The notes under the pieces are model-generated. The model worked only from the letters and a program-made list of their open reading frames with translations, searched no databases and was not told where the DNA came from. Shown in pieces: positions 27,746 through 39,259 of a stretch of DNA of 64,000 bases (position 1 is its first letter; each line of letters begins with the position of its first letter). Source of the stretch: a virus (Duplodnaviria; Caudoviricetes); IMG/VR virus record IMGVR_UViG_3300028903_000001, positions 55,896-119,895 of that record. The stretch is one strand, 5' to 3'. The position numbers were made by a program, and so were the translations under genes.

Positions 27746-29470
27746 TCACTTTTCGCTACCAGACGTTGCCAATGCAACGCCCAGTGCCGATGCATCCAAC
27801 AGGTTTCCCCGAAGGATGGGTTGATCTCCCAAAGCTCGCAGGAATATCCCGCGAGCGCCGTTGTAATCTCGATCCATTGACACGCCGGTCGATGCCGATC
27901 GGACAGTCTTTGCGCCACCAAGCTTGGCGTTGATCTCGCCGGTCCACGACACGGTCTTGCTCGTCCAAGCCTCGTTCTGGTCGAGCACGAGCTTGCCGTA
28001 CTCGAACGCCTTGTGCTTCAGGAAAGTCTTGAACCGATAGTGCGAGAACGTCAGCATGGATCGCACCGACTTCGCGCGAAGCCTGCGCGCCCCGCGCCGA
28101 ACCATCTCCGAGGTCTCGAACGTCGGCAGCACGATCACGTCGAAGCTCTTGACCAGAAACGCTGCCACCTTGTGGTGCAGATCGTCTACAAGGTTTCGAA
28201 TCCTGACCTGCATGCTCACGATAGCACGCCGAAGATTTCGCTTCCGAAGACGATGCGTCTCCAACCTGCGCCTCGAAATGAGGTCATCCATGTGCGAGCA
28301 CAACCGCTGAATCTTCCCGAAGTCGCCAGCACCAAGCTTGCCGCAACTGGACTCCGTGTAGAACGTTTGGAAGGATCGTATCCCTGGATCGAGAGCAACG
28401 ACGCGCCCTTGGTTTTCGGCTACGCACCGCTTTTGCTGCACGGGAACGATCAGAAACCACCGCCCTCTTTCGCAGACTAGCCTAAGATCGCAATGTTCCT
28501 TTGGTACCTCCTCGACCATTCGAAGCGCCCCTCGGGATAGAGTCGGGTAGACCCCACCGTTTCGAAGTGCGCTTTTGGGGATGTAGCAGGACTGCACCGG
28601 GTTCTTTCTCGACCTGAACCCGACGTCCTGAAAGCCTCCCCCCTCCTTGAATCTGCGCTTTGCCGCCGACACGGCTTTACAGGCATCGCGCACCGCCACT
28701 GACCTGATCTGGTAGGGCGTCTCCTCGGACCAAGCAGGGAGACCTCGCAGCAGCCCCGTCTTGATCGACTTCCAGTTCGCCTTCGTCCCCGGGGTCTTCA
28801 GAAAGCTCACGGCAGCGTTGAAGGCGACGCGCGCAGTCCCAAACCACTGTCTGAAGATGCTCTCCTGCTGCCTAGTGGGGTAGAGTCGGATCTTCTTTGA
28901 TTTGAGAAGCGTATCGTCGCAGCCCGTGCATTCGGCAAGAGAAGACGTGAATGATGGCGAGAAGATCGTCGGATAGCTCTCGCTCGGGGCTGTGTTCAAC
29001 TCGATCGAGAACCAAGAGTTCGCCACCGTTTTGCTCGAGCATGTGGGCGATGAGTTCGACACCAAAGCGGGCAAGGCGGTCCTTGTGGGCAACCACAACC
29101 GTGAGCTTTGCTCCTCATGCCAATCGGTCCAGTAGGGAGAGCAGTCCTTTACGCTTGAAGTTGAGACCACTTCCGATGTCCTTGACGATTTCGGCATCAG
29201 GGAAGCGCTGTCGCATGTAGACAACCTGTCTTGCGAGGTCGTCCTTTTGCTTCGGGGAGGAGACCCTGAAGTAGCAGATGGTGGCGGGGGGCAAGGCGTC
29301 TTTGACGAAGGACTCGACATCGAAGAGCCGCTGACCCGCAGGGTTTCTAACGTGTTTGATGAGTCCAGCATCAGCGTATTTCCGCACCGTATTGGGGGCA
29401 CATGCCGAGCGACTGGCATGCCATCCGTAGAGGGACGAGCTTTATGTCGTATGGTAGAGGACGGTGGCAT
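27746..29470 (-). CDS. tnpB: IS607 TnpB RNA-guided nuclease (true start uncertain)
   Basis: KIRLYPT HTH, ALDPG (D), PTFET (E), DRDYNGARGI (D); Zn-finger cysteines absent. Confidence 0.9.
   Translation of the reverse strand: MPPSSTIRHKARPSTDGMPVARHVPPIRCGNTLMLDSSNTLETLRVSGSSMSSPSSKTPCPPPPSATSGSPPRSKRTTSQDRLSTCDSASLMPKSSRTSEVVSTSSVKDCSPYWTDWHEEQSSRLWLPTRTALPALVSNSSPTCSSKTVANSWFSIELNTAPSESYPTIFSPSFTSSLAECTGCDDTLLKSKKIRLYPTRQQESIFRQWFGTARVAFNAAVSFLKTPGTKANWKSIKTGLLRGLPAWSEETPYQIRSVAVRDACKAVSAAKRRFKEGGGFQDVGFRSRKNPVQSCYIPKSALRNGGVYPTLSRGALRMVEEVPKEHCDLRLVCERGRWFLIVPVQQKRCVAENQGRVVALDPGIRSFQTFYTESSCGKLGAGDFGKIQRLCSHMDDLISRRRLETHRLRKRNLRRAIVSMQVRIRNLVDDLHHKVAAFLVKSFDVIVLPTFETSEMVRRGARRLRAKSVRSMLTFSHYRFKTFLKHKAFEYGKLVLDQNEAWTSKTVSWTGEINAKLGGAKTVRSASTGVSMDRDYNGARGIFLRALGDQPILRGNLLDASALGVALATSGSEK
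28872..29445 (-). pseudogene. tnpA: IS607 TnpA serine recombinase with an in-frame TGA
   Basis: PNTVRKYAD HTH, YFRVSS...DIGSGLNFKRKG, TGA at 29115-29117, then the same frame continues GAKLTVVVAHKDRLARFG. Confidence 0.85.
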
Positions 29471-29717
29471 CCGACTACCTATTCGTCAACCTTATTTCTA
29501 ACCCGCATCACGATGTCATCGGGCAGTCCTATGTCCCTGGCGATTTCCCTTGACTTGCTCAATCTCCCCGCGAAAAACGCATCCTGCAGCGAGTTGACGA
29601 TCGTTGCAGGATCGATTTTCTTCGCGCAGTCCCGGTCGATGACGAGGTTGACGCCAGGGCCATGGATCCAGACGTAGTCAGACTTGTCCTCATCCTCGAA
29701 CTCATCGACCCTGTAGA

Positions 29718-30593
29718 TCATTTCCATGCCAGCCTCCGGTGTGGGAGCAGGTTCTTCGGCCACTCTATTAGATCATTGCCTTTCCCGCTCACCTTGAGAC
29801 GATAGATGTCACCGTCTCTCTCCCAGGTCCGCTTCTTGCCACCTATCGCTGCTAGGTCGGCAAACGCTTCAGGGTTGGACGTCACGGGTCGGCTGCCGAC
29901 TTGCTTTATGAAGCAGGGCACATCGCTTCTCTCGCACTGCTGGGCAATAGAGAGCACATGGTCCAGGTTGCAGTCCCTTGCCTCCTTGCCCATCTCGCCG
30001 CCGATGACGACTTGACCGACTCCGGTCATGTCGATGTCGAGACTCGACAGTAGCGGCTCGAGCGAGAGCCACGACTTGACGAAGCCTGAAGACGAGTGCG
30101 CAGACATCCTCTTGCCCGCCACGGCTTGACTCTCGACGCTCGTGCCTTCCCAGACATTGTCGAGCGGCAGCGATGGAGGGAAAAGTGTCAGATTGGCTCG
30201 AATCCGATACTTGAGCGCATGCTCGATAAAGAGCCTCGAGTTCTTGACCCTGGCGAGGAGCTTCTTTCGCCGCGCCGGGTACTTGGTCAGGGTGAGGAAG
30301 GTGTGCTTGGGGTGGAGTGCCATGACGCCATAGACGGCATAGATGAACGCGTCGGGCACCTTGGACTGGAAAAGGTCTCCCAGGTTGGAGACGATGCAGA
30401 TCTTGTGCTTGGCCCAAGCCGCTGGATCGCTCAGCTTCATATCGAGCAGCTTCACCTCGCTGAACTCGGAGGTGAACCTGCGCTTATGCAGAGCCTCGGC
30501 CCAGCAATGGTCGCAGCCCTCGCTTTTCTTCTCGCAGCCATGGACCACGTTGAGTTGCCGGTCCCAGTACGTATCGCTGCCGATAGTCACCAC
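29718..30593 (-). CDS. DUF5131 / Gp37Gp68 family protein
   Basis: GCEKKSEGCDHCWAE, GDLF, LTK, GTSVE, SLEPLL, IGGE, FIKQ. Confidence 0.85.
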   Translation of the reverse strand: MVTIGSDTYWDRQLNVVHGCEKKSEGCDHCWAEALHKRRFTSEFSEVKLLDMKLSDPAAWAKHKICIVSNLGDLFQSKVPDAFIYAVYGVMALHPKHTFLTLTKYPARRKKLLARVKNSRLFIEHALKYRIRANLTLFPPSLPLDNVWEGTSVESQAVAGKRMSAHSSSGFVKSWLSLEPLLSSLDIDMTGVGQVVIGGEMGKEARDCNLDHVLSIAQQCERSDVPCFIKQVGSRPVTSNPEAFADLAAIGGKKRTWERDGDIYRLKVSGKGNDLIEWPKNLLPHRRLAWK

Positions 30594-32464
30594 GGATGCC
30601 TCCTATGGTCCCAGGAGGCGGGAGGCGCGTTGCCCGCCTTCATCCAGTCGTTTAATGCCACGACAAGCTCGGCGAGTCTCACCGTCTCAGTATCATACCT
30701 GTCGTAGGGATCAAAGACGATTCGGGTCGCGATCTCGATCTGCTCCCTCAGATTCGCGTTAGGATCCATCACACTTTACCCCTTTCTTTCTTCGCATCGC
30801 CTATGCTCGTTCCACCACTTCCAAGGTGTGTAGACTCGCTTCTTTCTTACGCCGTCCCTTTCCACGATGCCTCCGACCCTTATACCACTTCCACACGTCT
30901 TGCACATCAAAAATCCGTCACCAGCTATGATATTTTCGCACGGGTCAACCCAGGCGAGTTGCTCTTCGGTATAGACCGGAGACGGCTTATCCGCTTTCTT
31001 CGCCTGCCTAACCATGACTACTTTTCCTGGTCAAGCAGATCTAGCAAACGTTTGCAGACGCGCCAGCCAAAAATGACTCTGTGAGCGGGCACGTCACCCA
31101 TGTCGCAAATCTCGAAATCAATCTCATTGATCAATTTCTGCACCTCGAACATGGCGTCGCTTCGACGTATTGCCTCAACGACGTCATTCCAAGGATTTGG
31201 CTCAGACTCGACCTGTTTCATGTAGTGCAGGGCAGAGTCGAGCGCGACGGCGCTTACCCACTGCGTCGCAACGTAGTGTCCCATGCCGATCTTGGCCTTT
31301 TGCCAGACATAGTCTAGTTCTGAGCAGGCTATCCACTCTAGGATCTCTTTATGCGGCGAATGGTACGGGCAGAACTGGTATACGACCGGGTCAAAATCGC
31401 CAACCACGGACAGGTACCTCAAGCGTCGAGACACGATGACTTGGGACAGCATCTCTGATCTGCCGCGTATCCCCACGGTCCACCCAGCCGTCATGTCCGA
31501 CTCGTTGCAGTTTTCGTTGGTTCCGAACCTGTCCAAGATCTCGTGTCTCGCCAATGCCTTATCGAAGGAGCCGATGATCTCTTTGCAGTACTGGTCTCTG
31601 GTGACTGGAGTCATGGCTTCACCCCAAGCGCTTCCTCGCACAACCTGACCATCTCATCCGCCTCTTCATTCACGATCGAGTAGGTACCGAGACCATACCC
31701 GTTTCTCGTCAAGATCATCCCGTTTTCTATCCTACAGCAACTCGGCTTAGGCTCCGGCATGGCACCCATAGCCTCAAGCCTGTTCCAAGTCTCACAATCC
31801 TCCCGCCACGCTTCCCGCTCCGCTTCCGTCGAACCGTCTGGGTCTGGAGCGAATCGCCTCGGGTCGCCACCTGGGAAGAATCCGTACACCTCTTCACTCG
31901 CATAGTTTTGAAACAGGTAGAGACACGTCTCGAGAGCCGACGACAGTTTCAACTCTGCCTCGTCCAGTCTCAGGCACTCACGTTTCCACCACTTCGCAGC
32001 GATTACCGCTGCTTGGAACCTGAGCAGGTTCCGGTACCCCACTATCATATTGTGACCCGTGATGACACGAAATCCGCCGTCGGGAGCCGTCAGGTACGCC
32101 AGGCTTCCGTCGGGAAGCTCCTTGACCAGTCTGGCAAGGCTGAGCCCAAACGTTTTGGACTCAATCGTTAGATTCAGCCTGGACGTGGTGTAGGGGATTG
32201 CCCCCTCAAGCAGATCTATTTTGTCACTGCCGTCGGGGGCCCCATATCGGGACAGCCTGCTGAGCCTCTCTGACCCAGCTAAAGTCTTGTTGACTCTGAG
32301 TAATAAAAGCACCATGGGCCTGCACCACGAGTCCTGCGGGTCCGGCGCGTCGCGATGCGAGCAATACTCGCTCCGCTTTCCACCGTCGCACTCGATCACG
32401 TACCACGGGCAGCCCTCGCTACACAGCGGCGCGCCACCATCGTCATAGATCGGCTTTACAGGCT

Positions 32465-32650
32465 TCACTTTGAATACCCATCCTTTGCCCAGCCCTTGCC
32501 CTTCAGAACAAAGCTGGTACGGGAGATGAGGCGAATCACATGCTCACTCGAATCGCAGATGGCGCACTTCACCTCTGGGTCCTCTTTGATGCCGTGCTCG
32601 ATCTCAAAGCTCACCTCGCACTTGAAGCAGTGGTATTTGTACGTCGGCAT
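32465..32650 (-). CDS. FmdB-family zinc ribbon protein
   Basis: MPTYKYHCFKC...CAIC...RLIS...FVLKGKGW..DGY. Confidence 0.85.
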   Translation of the reverse strand: MPTYKYHCFKCEVSFEIEHGIKEDPEVKCAICDSSEHVIRLISRTSFVLKGKGWAKDGYSK

Positions 32651-32667
32651 TAGTTCTCTCCCGGATC

Positions 32668-34155
32668 CTATCGCTTCTTCCTTGATCCCCTGGGGATATC
32701 ATTCCACTTGTCGAGCGATTCGAAGTAGTCGCCACCCTCGCCATCCTCCTGGTCCGTTTCCAGATCGTCGAAGCGGGTACAGAAGGCTCGAAACGCGGCA
32801 AGGGCTGAGCCGGTGGGGCCGTTGCGCTGCTTAGACACGATGATCTCGCACATGCCCTTCACATCGTCCTCGTCGGGCCAGTAGTACTCTTTGCGTAGCA
32901 GGAACAAGACCTCGTCGGCATCCTGTTCGATAGAGCCCGACTCGCGCAGATTGTGAAGCTGCGGGCGCTTGTCCCTCGCCTGTTCACAGTCGCGATTGAG
33001 TTGGGCTAGAAGGACGATGCAGACATTCTCTGCCTGCGCCATGAGCTTGAGTCCCCTCGAGATCTCCTGGACTACGTTCTCCCTCGTCTGCGACTTACCC
33101 TGCTTCGCCGCTATAAGCTGCAAATAGTCGATCACAACGACGGAGAGTTCCATCCCGTCCCTGTCATATCTCAGCTTGGCACGCCTGATGGTCGATCTGA
33201 TGTCCTGCATCGATGCGACACGGTCGATGATCTGAATCGGCAGCTTCGACAGATCGTTCAGGGCGACGAAGAACCGGCCCACTTCCTGCTGGTCGAAATT
33301 GGTCTTGCGGTACTTGGAAATGCTCACTCTGGCGCTTTCGCAGGCCAGGCGCATGACCAACTCTTTTCGCGGCATCTCGAGCGAGACGAAGGCTGACGCC
33401 ATGACCTTGCCTTCGTAGCTCAGTTTCCCCGCCACCGACTGCGCCAGCTTCATGCCGAATGCGCTCTTGCCCATGCCGGGGCGTCCCGCAACGACCGTGA
33501 CATTGCCTCGATGAAGCCCACCCAGAATATCGTCCAGCCGCTTGATGCCAGTTGGCATTTCAGTCGTTGACTTGCCCTCGGTCTCAAGTCTCTTGTTTAG
33601 CTCAAGCTGCTTCTGGTACTCCTTGGCATAGTCGAGAATCGCGTCCCTGAGATCAACGGCTTCGCCGCCTCCCACGTCCTTGGTCCAGTCCGACATATCC
33701 TTTTCGAACTGCGTGACCAGTCCGGGGATGTCCTCCATCGGCGTGATGTAGCTTTGAGACAGGAACTTCTTGGCCGCATACTGCATCTGCCTGAGCCGGT
33801 ATAGCTCGACGACGCGCTCCACCTCCCGGTACGGGTCCAAGACCGCAGGGGTGGAGATGAAAAGCTCATATTCCAGGTACTTGTCGCCGCCCGCCTTCTC
33901 GAGCCGCCCCGTGTCGAAAAGGATGTCCCGGATCGCGGGTAGAGTGATTCGCTCAGCCTTGGCCGCGATCTCCGACATCGCGGCGTAGATGATAGCGTTC
34001 TGCGGCGAGTAGAAGTGCTCCTCCCGCAGATCGGTGCTGACCTCGACGAAGATCGCGTCGTCCTCGAGGATCGAGGCGAGAATGCAGCACTCTGCCTTGA
34101 CGTCGCAGGGCTGCTGCCTATCGCTCGGCGCTTCGCCTAGTGAGACAGGGGCCAC
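32668..34155 (-). CDS. dnaB: Replicative DNA helicase
   Basis: GRPGMGKS, SLEM, IDYLQL, AQLNR, LRESGSIEQDAD, KQRNGP. Confidence 0.95.
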   Translation of the reverse strand: MAPVSLGEAPSDRQQPCDVKAECCILASILEDDAIFVEVSTDLREEHFYSPQNAIIYAAMSEIAAKAERITLPAIRDILFDTGRLEKAGGDKYLEYELFISTPAVLDPYREVERVVELYRLRQMQYAAKKFLSQSYITPMEDIPGLVTQFEKDMSDWTKDVGGGEAVDLRDAILDYAKEYQKQLELNKRLETEGKSTTEMPTGIKRLDDILGGLHRGNVTVVAGRPGMGKSAFGMKLAQSVAGKLSYEGKVMASAFVSLEMPRKELVMRLACESARVSISKYRKTNFDQQEVGRFFVALNDLSKLPIQIIDRVASMQDIRSTIRRAKLRYDRDGMELSVVVIDYLQLIAAKQGKSQTRENVVQEISRGLKLMAQAENVCIVLLAQLNRDCEQARDKRPQLHNLRESGSIEQDADEVLFLLRKEYYWPDEDDVKGMCEIIVSKQRNGPTGSALAAFRAFCTRFDDLETDQEDGEGGDYFESLDKWNDIPRGSRKKR

Positions 34156-37100
34156 CCGGTCACCCCCTTATCGTTGCCGCAATCACGATGAGGGACAGGA
34201 CCAGGAAGAGACCGACGACTTCGATGGTTGGGCTCATTTCTCACAACCCTCCTGAGCCAAATGCTCCCAACCCGGAATTGGAACCCAGTGCCAGAGCGGG
34301 TTCCACTCTTCGATGCTAAATGCTGTCGGAGACTTGATATCCCTCGGATCGCTTCGACTCCACATTGTCAACCCCTTTCTACCCGCAGACGCTAGATCGG
34401 ATCCCCACCTGGAGTCAAGTCAAAACGGGATGTTGCTGTTGTCATCCAGGTCGATCACCTCCACATCCTTTTTGACCATGAGCTTGACCGCTTTCAGCAC
34501 GTAGAACTCGACGCCAGAGTTGCACCTGGCAAGCCTCTCGGCTTCCGCCTCGGCGGCTTTGAGCGAAAGGTGCCTTACGGTTGGCGTGCCACTTGTTGGG
34601 CTCCAGACGCAATAGAAGCTTCGAACGCTCATGTCTCTTAATCCTTTCTGCTATACACGATACCGATCTGTCCCGGCTCGTCTCCATACTGTACGTTGAG
34701 ACTGGTCCCACATACCGGACATTCTCCCTCCCAGATCTCTTGACCCGGCTCGGGACCATCGCATAGTCCCTCTGCGACCCTTCTGATCGCATCACGTATA
34801 TTTGCCACTTCACCATCGTTGGCCCAAGGGGACATTATCGCGTCCCCGATACAGACTCGATGCCTACCATCTTCAAATGGTATGCTCCTGATCGATTTGC
34901 ATATTCGTTCCACAACGGCTTCACACCGATCATTTTTCATTTCGACTCCTATTCGGGTCTACCGGCGTGCCGTAACAGGCCGGGCATCCATCATGCCACA
35001 TGTGTTCGTTGGCATCGAAGGGGCACAAGATGATGCCGCAGATCGGGCACTCGACTTCCACGCAGTCGTAGGGCTGATGCACGTCCTGAAGCGCTGTCTT
35101 CATGTCGTGCCGTGCCTTGGCTAGTTCCGCCACCTCCCGCTTCGCCTCATCAAGTCGTTTCGAGAGTGAAGCGACTTCTCTACGCAAGGCACGATTCTCG
35201 TCGGCCAAGTCGTAGATCCTACGTTCCTCGTCTTGACGTGCCATTTCATCATTTAGACTCGTCATCGCCTCTGTCTCCTGCCGCCTTCTCTGGTGGCGAG
35301 TAGATGTACCCGGACTCACTCGTAAACCTGTCGATCGTAAGGTCTGCGCACCTATCGGCAAAGGACACGCAGAACTCAGGGTCGAATGCTTTTGAATCCG
35401 ACACGCCTCTAAGTGCGGCGAAGTATGCGTTCCACCAGATCTCTTGTCGTGTCATGACGTTCCTCCCTGGCTCTTTCTCTCGCGTAGCTGCACCCTGCGC
35501 ATTCGCAGTTAGTTGGCGGGCATTCGCAAGCCATCATCGCGTCGTCGCGCATCTGCGCAAGCTCGGCACGAAGCTTGTCACACTCGCTCGCCTCAACACT
35601 TCCCTGCACTACCTCTTCCGGCTCGGGTACCGGGACTTCGGCCTCGACCCAGGACAGTCGCACGTCCTATGACGCCATACAGTCAAGCGCTGCCTCGGTT
35701 CGATATCACTCCTTAGTCGCGCTTCATGCGTCTCCCTTATAACTTCATTTCTTGCGTTCGCCTTCAGTGTACGTTTATCGGAATCGTATTCGTCTTGCGC
35801 CTCCAACTCAGCCCGCTTGTTGCGCTTGCTGTATATCCTCAAAACAAGTACGGTCATCAAGACTGAGACTATGGCAACAATTACCCCGCTCACAATGTGG
35901 CTCCCGTTGATAAACTTCCAAGTAGCATCACAGTCCATCGCTTTCTCCTTGCTAGTTGAGCGGATGTCCCGCCCGACGCAAGGCGCACACTATCTTCGGC
36001 TGGGGATACACCAATAGCTATTAGGTGTTGCGCGTATTCCTTGTACCGATCCGACATGGTCATTTTGCTTCCTTCTCCTTAGCGGTCTAAAAGTCCCCAC
36101 CCTCAAACCGCCCTGAAAAGTCATCGATGCTAGCGTCTTCGTCGAGCGCATCCCCGGAGTTATAGCGCCTACCGTGTTCGTCGAGCACTAGGATAGTATT
36201 ACCTCCCCCGACAAATACCATAAGACATTCTGGCATTCTGTCGCACACGTCCTTGAATTCCTTGATCCACTTTTTGACGGACGGATCCTGTCTCAGTTGC
36301 CGAACTCGTTTTCTCGCCTCGGCACTCATCTGCACTTCACCCCTTTCATGGCTTCCACCCCTTCGGCGGCTTCCATCCAGCCGCTGTAGCCTTGACTGCC
36401 CAGTCGGGCATCGGAGCGCCGCTGTTGAGTAGGGATGTGTTGGCGGCGAGCATGGCAAGTCTAGCCTGTTTCTCGCTGTCGAACCTGTATCCGTACATGT
36501 CCTTTCTGCCATCGGCAAAGGGTTTGGCTGCGGCGTCTGCCGTCATGATCTCCCAACGGGCCTTCTTTTTCTCGTCGCTACCACCAGTGTACTCGCTCAC
36601 GTCTCGGTCACCAACGTATGCGCCGAAGTCCTCGTCCTCGGGCAGATACCATGCGACTCGCCACGCACCGTCCTGCTCGTCAATGCCGAGGTAGCTACCA
36701 TCGTCCGACTTGTACCTTTTGCCTGCCATCACTCCTCCTCCGGGACCTCTCGGCAGTCACCGCTCACCGGAAGCATCGATTATCTTTGGATCCACGCCAA
36801 GCGCTTCTATGCACCATTTGATACCATATCCCTTTTTGACCTGTATCGTAGCAAACCCAACATACCCCATTTCAGGGAATGGACTAGGCGTGTCGAGAGC
36901 GATGTGTACCTCGTCTGTCCCACGAAGGCCAATTACAACTTTTACCTCTTTGATGGGTATAGATAGAATCATTTGTCATCCTCCGGGACCTCACGGTAGT
37001 CGAAGTCGAGGCACTCATCTATCTGCGTGGCAAGTTCACCGTAGATCCAGCCGTTGGGACAGTACCGCTCTCGGATCGCGACGCAGATCGCGCAGGTATC

Positions 37101-37522
37101 GTACCGGTCCCAGTATCCGTCCCACAGCCCACTGACATGCTCGTAGCGCTGCCCCTTGGTAATGGTGTCACCGCACTCGCAGCACTTGTGCGGCTTACGG
37201 GCCTTGCGCCACTCGACGCGGCAGATGGAGGGACGATCGCCGTCGTGTGTCGAGCAATCGCAGCTAATCACGCCTCACCTCCACGGCTTCTGACGATTTT
37301 CTGAAACGATGCGAAAGCCTTGGCTACCGCCACTGCGTTGGCCTTGGCCTCCTCGATCCCATCGGCTGTCCCCTTGTACATAGGAGCAAGCATTGGCCGG
37401 GAAACAGATACGCTTGTGTCAATGGTCGAGTAGACGCACCAGCCCGTGTCCCAAGCCGCAATCCCGAACCCGGACTGGACACTGTGGTACTCTCCCTTTG
37501 CCCTCTTCTCCCAAGCCATTTG

Positions 37523-37822
37523 TCACCTCAAGCTTTTCTCACCTGTCGCATCTACCAGTTTCGGCACCATGTCTCTTAGCTTACGCATCTGCTTCTCGAG
37601 CGTCTGTATCTTGCCTGCTTTCCGATTCACCACATCGATCTGGGCGTCCTTGAGCGTTTCGAAGCACATGCTGGGGTAAACTATGACCCTACCCTTGGAC
37701 CACGGAACCCTGACGAGGTAGTAGCGACTACACATGCCGTTCATGTCGCTCTTCACGACCTCCTCTGCCTCGACCCTGACGATGCCCTCGGTCTCCCACC
37801 ACTTGGTGACGTAGCGCTCCAT
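37523..37822 (-). CDS. Hypothetical phage protein, apparent paralog of 40864-41115
   Basis: YVTKWW.TEGI...KIQTLEKQMRKL. Confidence 0.55.
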   Translation of the reverse strand: MERYVTKWWETEGIVRVEAEEVVKSDMNGMCSRYYLVRVPWSKGRVIVYPSMCFETLKDAQIDVVNRKAGKIQTLEKQMRKLRDMVPKLVDATGEKSLR

Positions 37823-38692
37823 GACTACCCTCCACTTTCCGGGTCCAGAGCCTCGTATACCTCCACTGCCCTGTCTCGGAGACCGTGTTCGGCGATGATG
37901 GTGTCTATGCGGCGAAACGCAAATACCATCTTCTTCTCCTCCCGCTTCGCCAGTCGATCAGCTTTCACTCGAGCCGAGTTCCAATTCGGTTGAGCAAGCA
38001 CCTCTGGGGAAATCTCCTTTCCAAACCTATCGTATCGAAACATGCGAGTGATTTCCACCGAGAGAGTCCCAGCGTCAATTCTATCTCGTGTCGTTTTGAA
38101 GCAGGTATGCAGCCCCTCCTTTCTGCACGCCTTGACGCATGCCTTGAAGCGCTTTTCCGACTCCTTTCTACCCTGTTCATTGATGGTGTCGATCTGCTGC
38201 TTCAACTCATCGATCTTGGCGATAAGCTCTTCCCGCTTCGTCATGTCCCGGTCTCCAGTTCTCGCTCGTAGTACCCATCCTCGGTCTCGATCATTTCGCT
38301 GACCGGCTCGCCGTCGATGGTAAGGATGACCCGACCTCCTTCCCGCAGAACCTGCTCGGATTGGTCGTGCTTGACGTTGTCACCCACAAGCACGCTATCG
38401 CCCCTGCGGTCCAGGAGTACACCATCGACCCAAGCCATATAGCTAGCCCTGTCAAGGTATAGCGTCTTTATCATATCCAGGTCTCCTCGATGCACTCGTC
38501 GTCTGTATCGCTTCTCACGATCCTACTGCGCCCCGGTGGCAGTGAGACTCGAGCATAATCAAGTGAGTCGTGCAGCGTACAGTCAGCCTCGGCCCTGACG
38601 CCACCGGAGATGGATACCTGCCAGCGTCGAACCACCCATTTGCCGGGATGGTCCTTGGTTGTGGGTCTGTAAATCACGTATAGGTAGATCAT

Positions 38693-39259
38693 CTATTCAC
38701 CTCTTGCGCTATACTCCCGGCACTCGCGGCACATGTAGTGACCATCACCATCGCACGTCCCAGGTCCTTTACCGGAAACGAAATGTTCACATCCCTCGCG
38801 AGCCGTCACATTCCGATCCAGTGGCATGGCTCGTCTCTTCCACATCTTCGCCGCCTTCACCGCGTTGACGAGCCGAACCCTGCACTGCTCAAGGTCAGAC
38901 ATAGTTGTGAGTCTTATCCCGATCTCGATTGACACGGCATATCGAGACGAGCGCTGCTGGTCATAATACCACTGGATACGCTTGTCCTTGTCCGCTACCC
39001 CGAACCACTCCGCAACGGCATCGGCAATGTGCTTCGCCGCAACTGTGAGGTTGTCGTGCCCGTCGATTTCGCTTGGGCCATGGTGGGTGATGGTGACGGC
39101 AACTGGTAGCTTTGGGCGCTTCTGGGTCTGAAGCACGAGAAGGACGTCGTCGCGCTGCTTTCTCGCCTGCCTGGCCGTTCGCATACGGCTCAACATGGAA
39201 GCGTTCCGAAACGTTACGTTCGGCGAGACGAGTCTTATGCCTGGGATGTAGATCTCCAT
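38693..39259 (-). CDS. RusA-like Holliday junction resolvase
   Basis: SPN...DGHDNL..AAKHIADAVAEWFGVAD. Confidence 0.6.
   Translation of the reverse strand: MEIYIPGIRLVSPNVTFRNASMLSRMRTARQARKQRDDVLLVLQTQKRPKLPVAVTITHHGPSEIDGHDNLTVAAKHIADAVAEWFGVADKDKRIQWYYDQQRSSRYAVSIEIGIRLTTMSDLEQCRVRLVNAVKAAKMWKRRAMPLDRNVTAREGCEHFVSGKGPGTCDGDGHYMCRECREYSARGE

Larger units (their letters stand above)
27740..29470 (-). mobile_element. IS607-family element (tnpA pseudogene plus tnpB); ends approximate
   Basis: Serine-recombinase tnpA overlapping tnpB, inserted between two co-oriented viral genes. Confidence 0.85.

Noticed and set aside
29115-29117. In-frame TGA in tnpA as a sign of stop-codon recoding
   Set aside because: TGA ends many genes here, often in ATGA overlaps; a single nonsense mutation is simpler.
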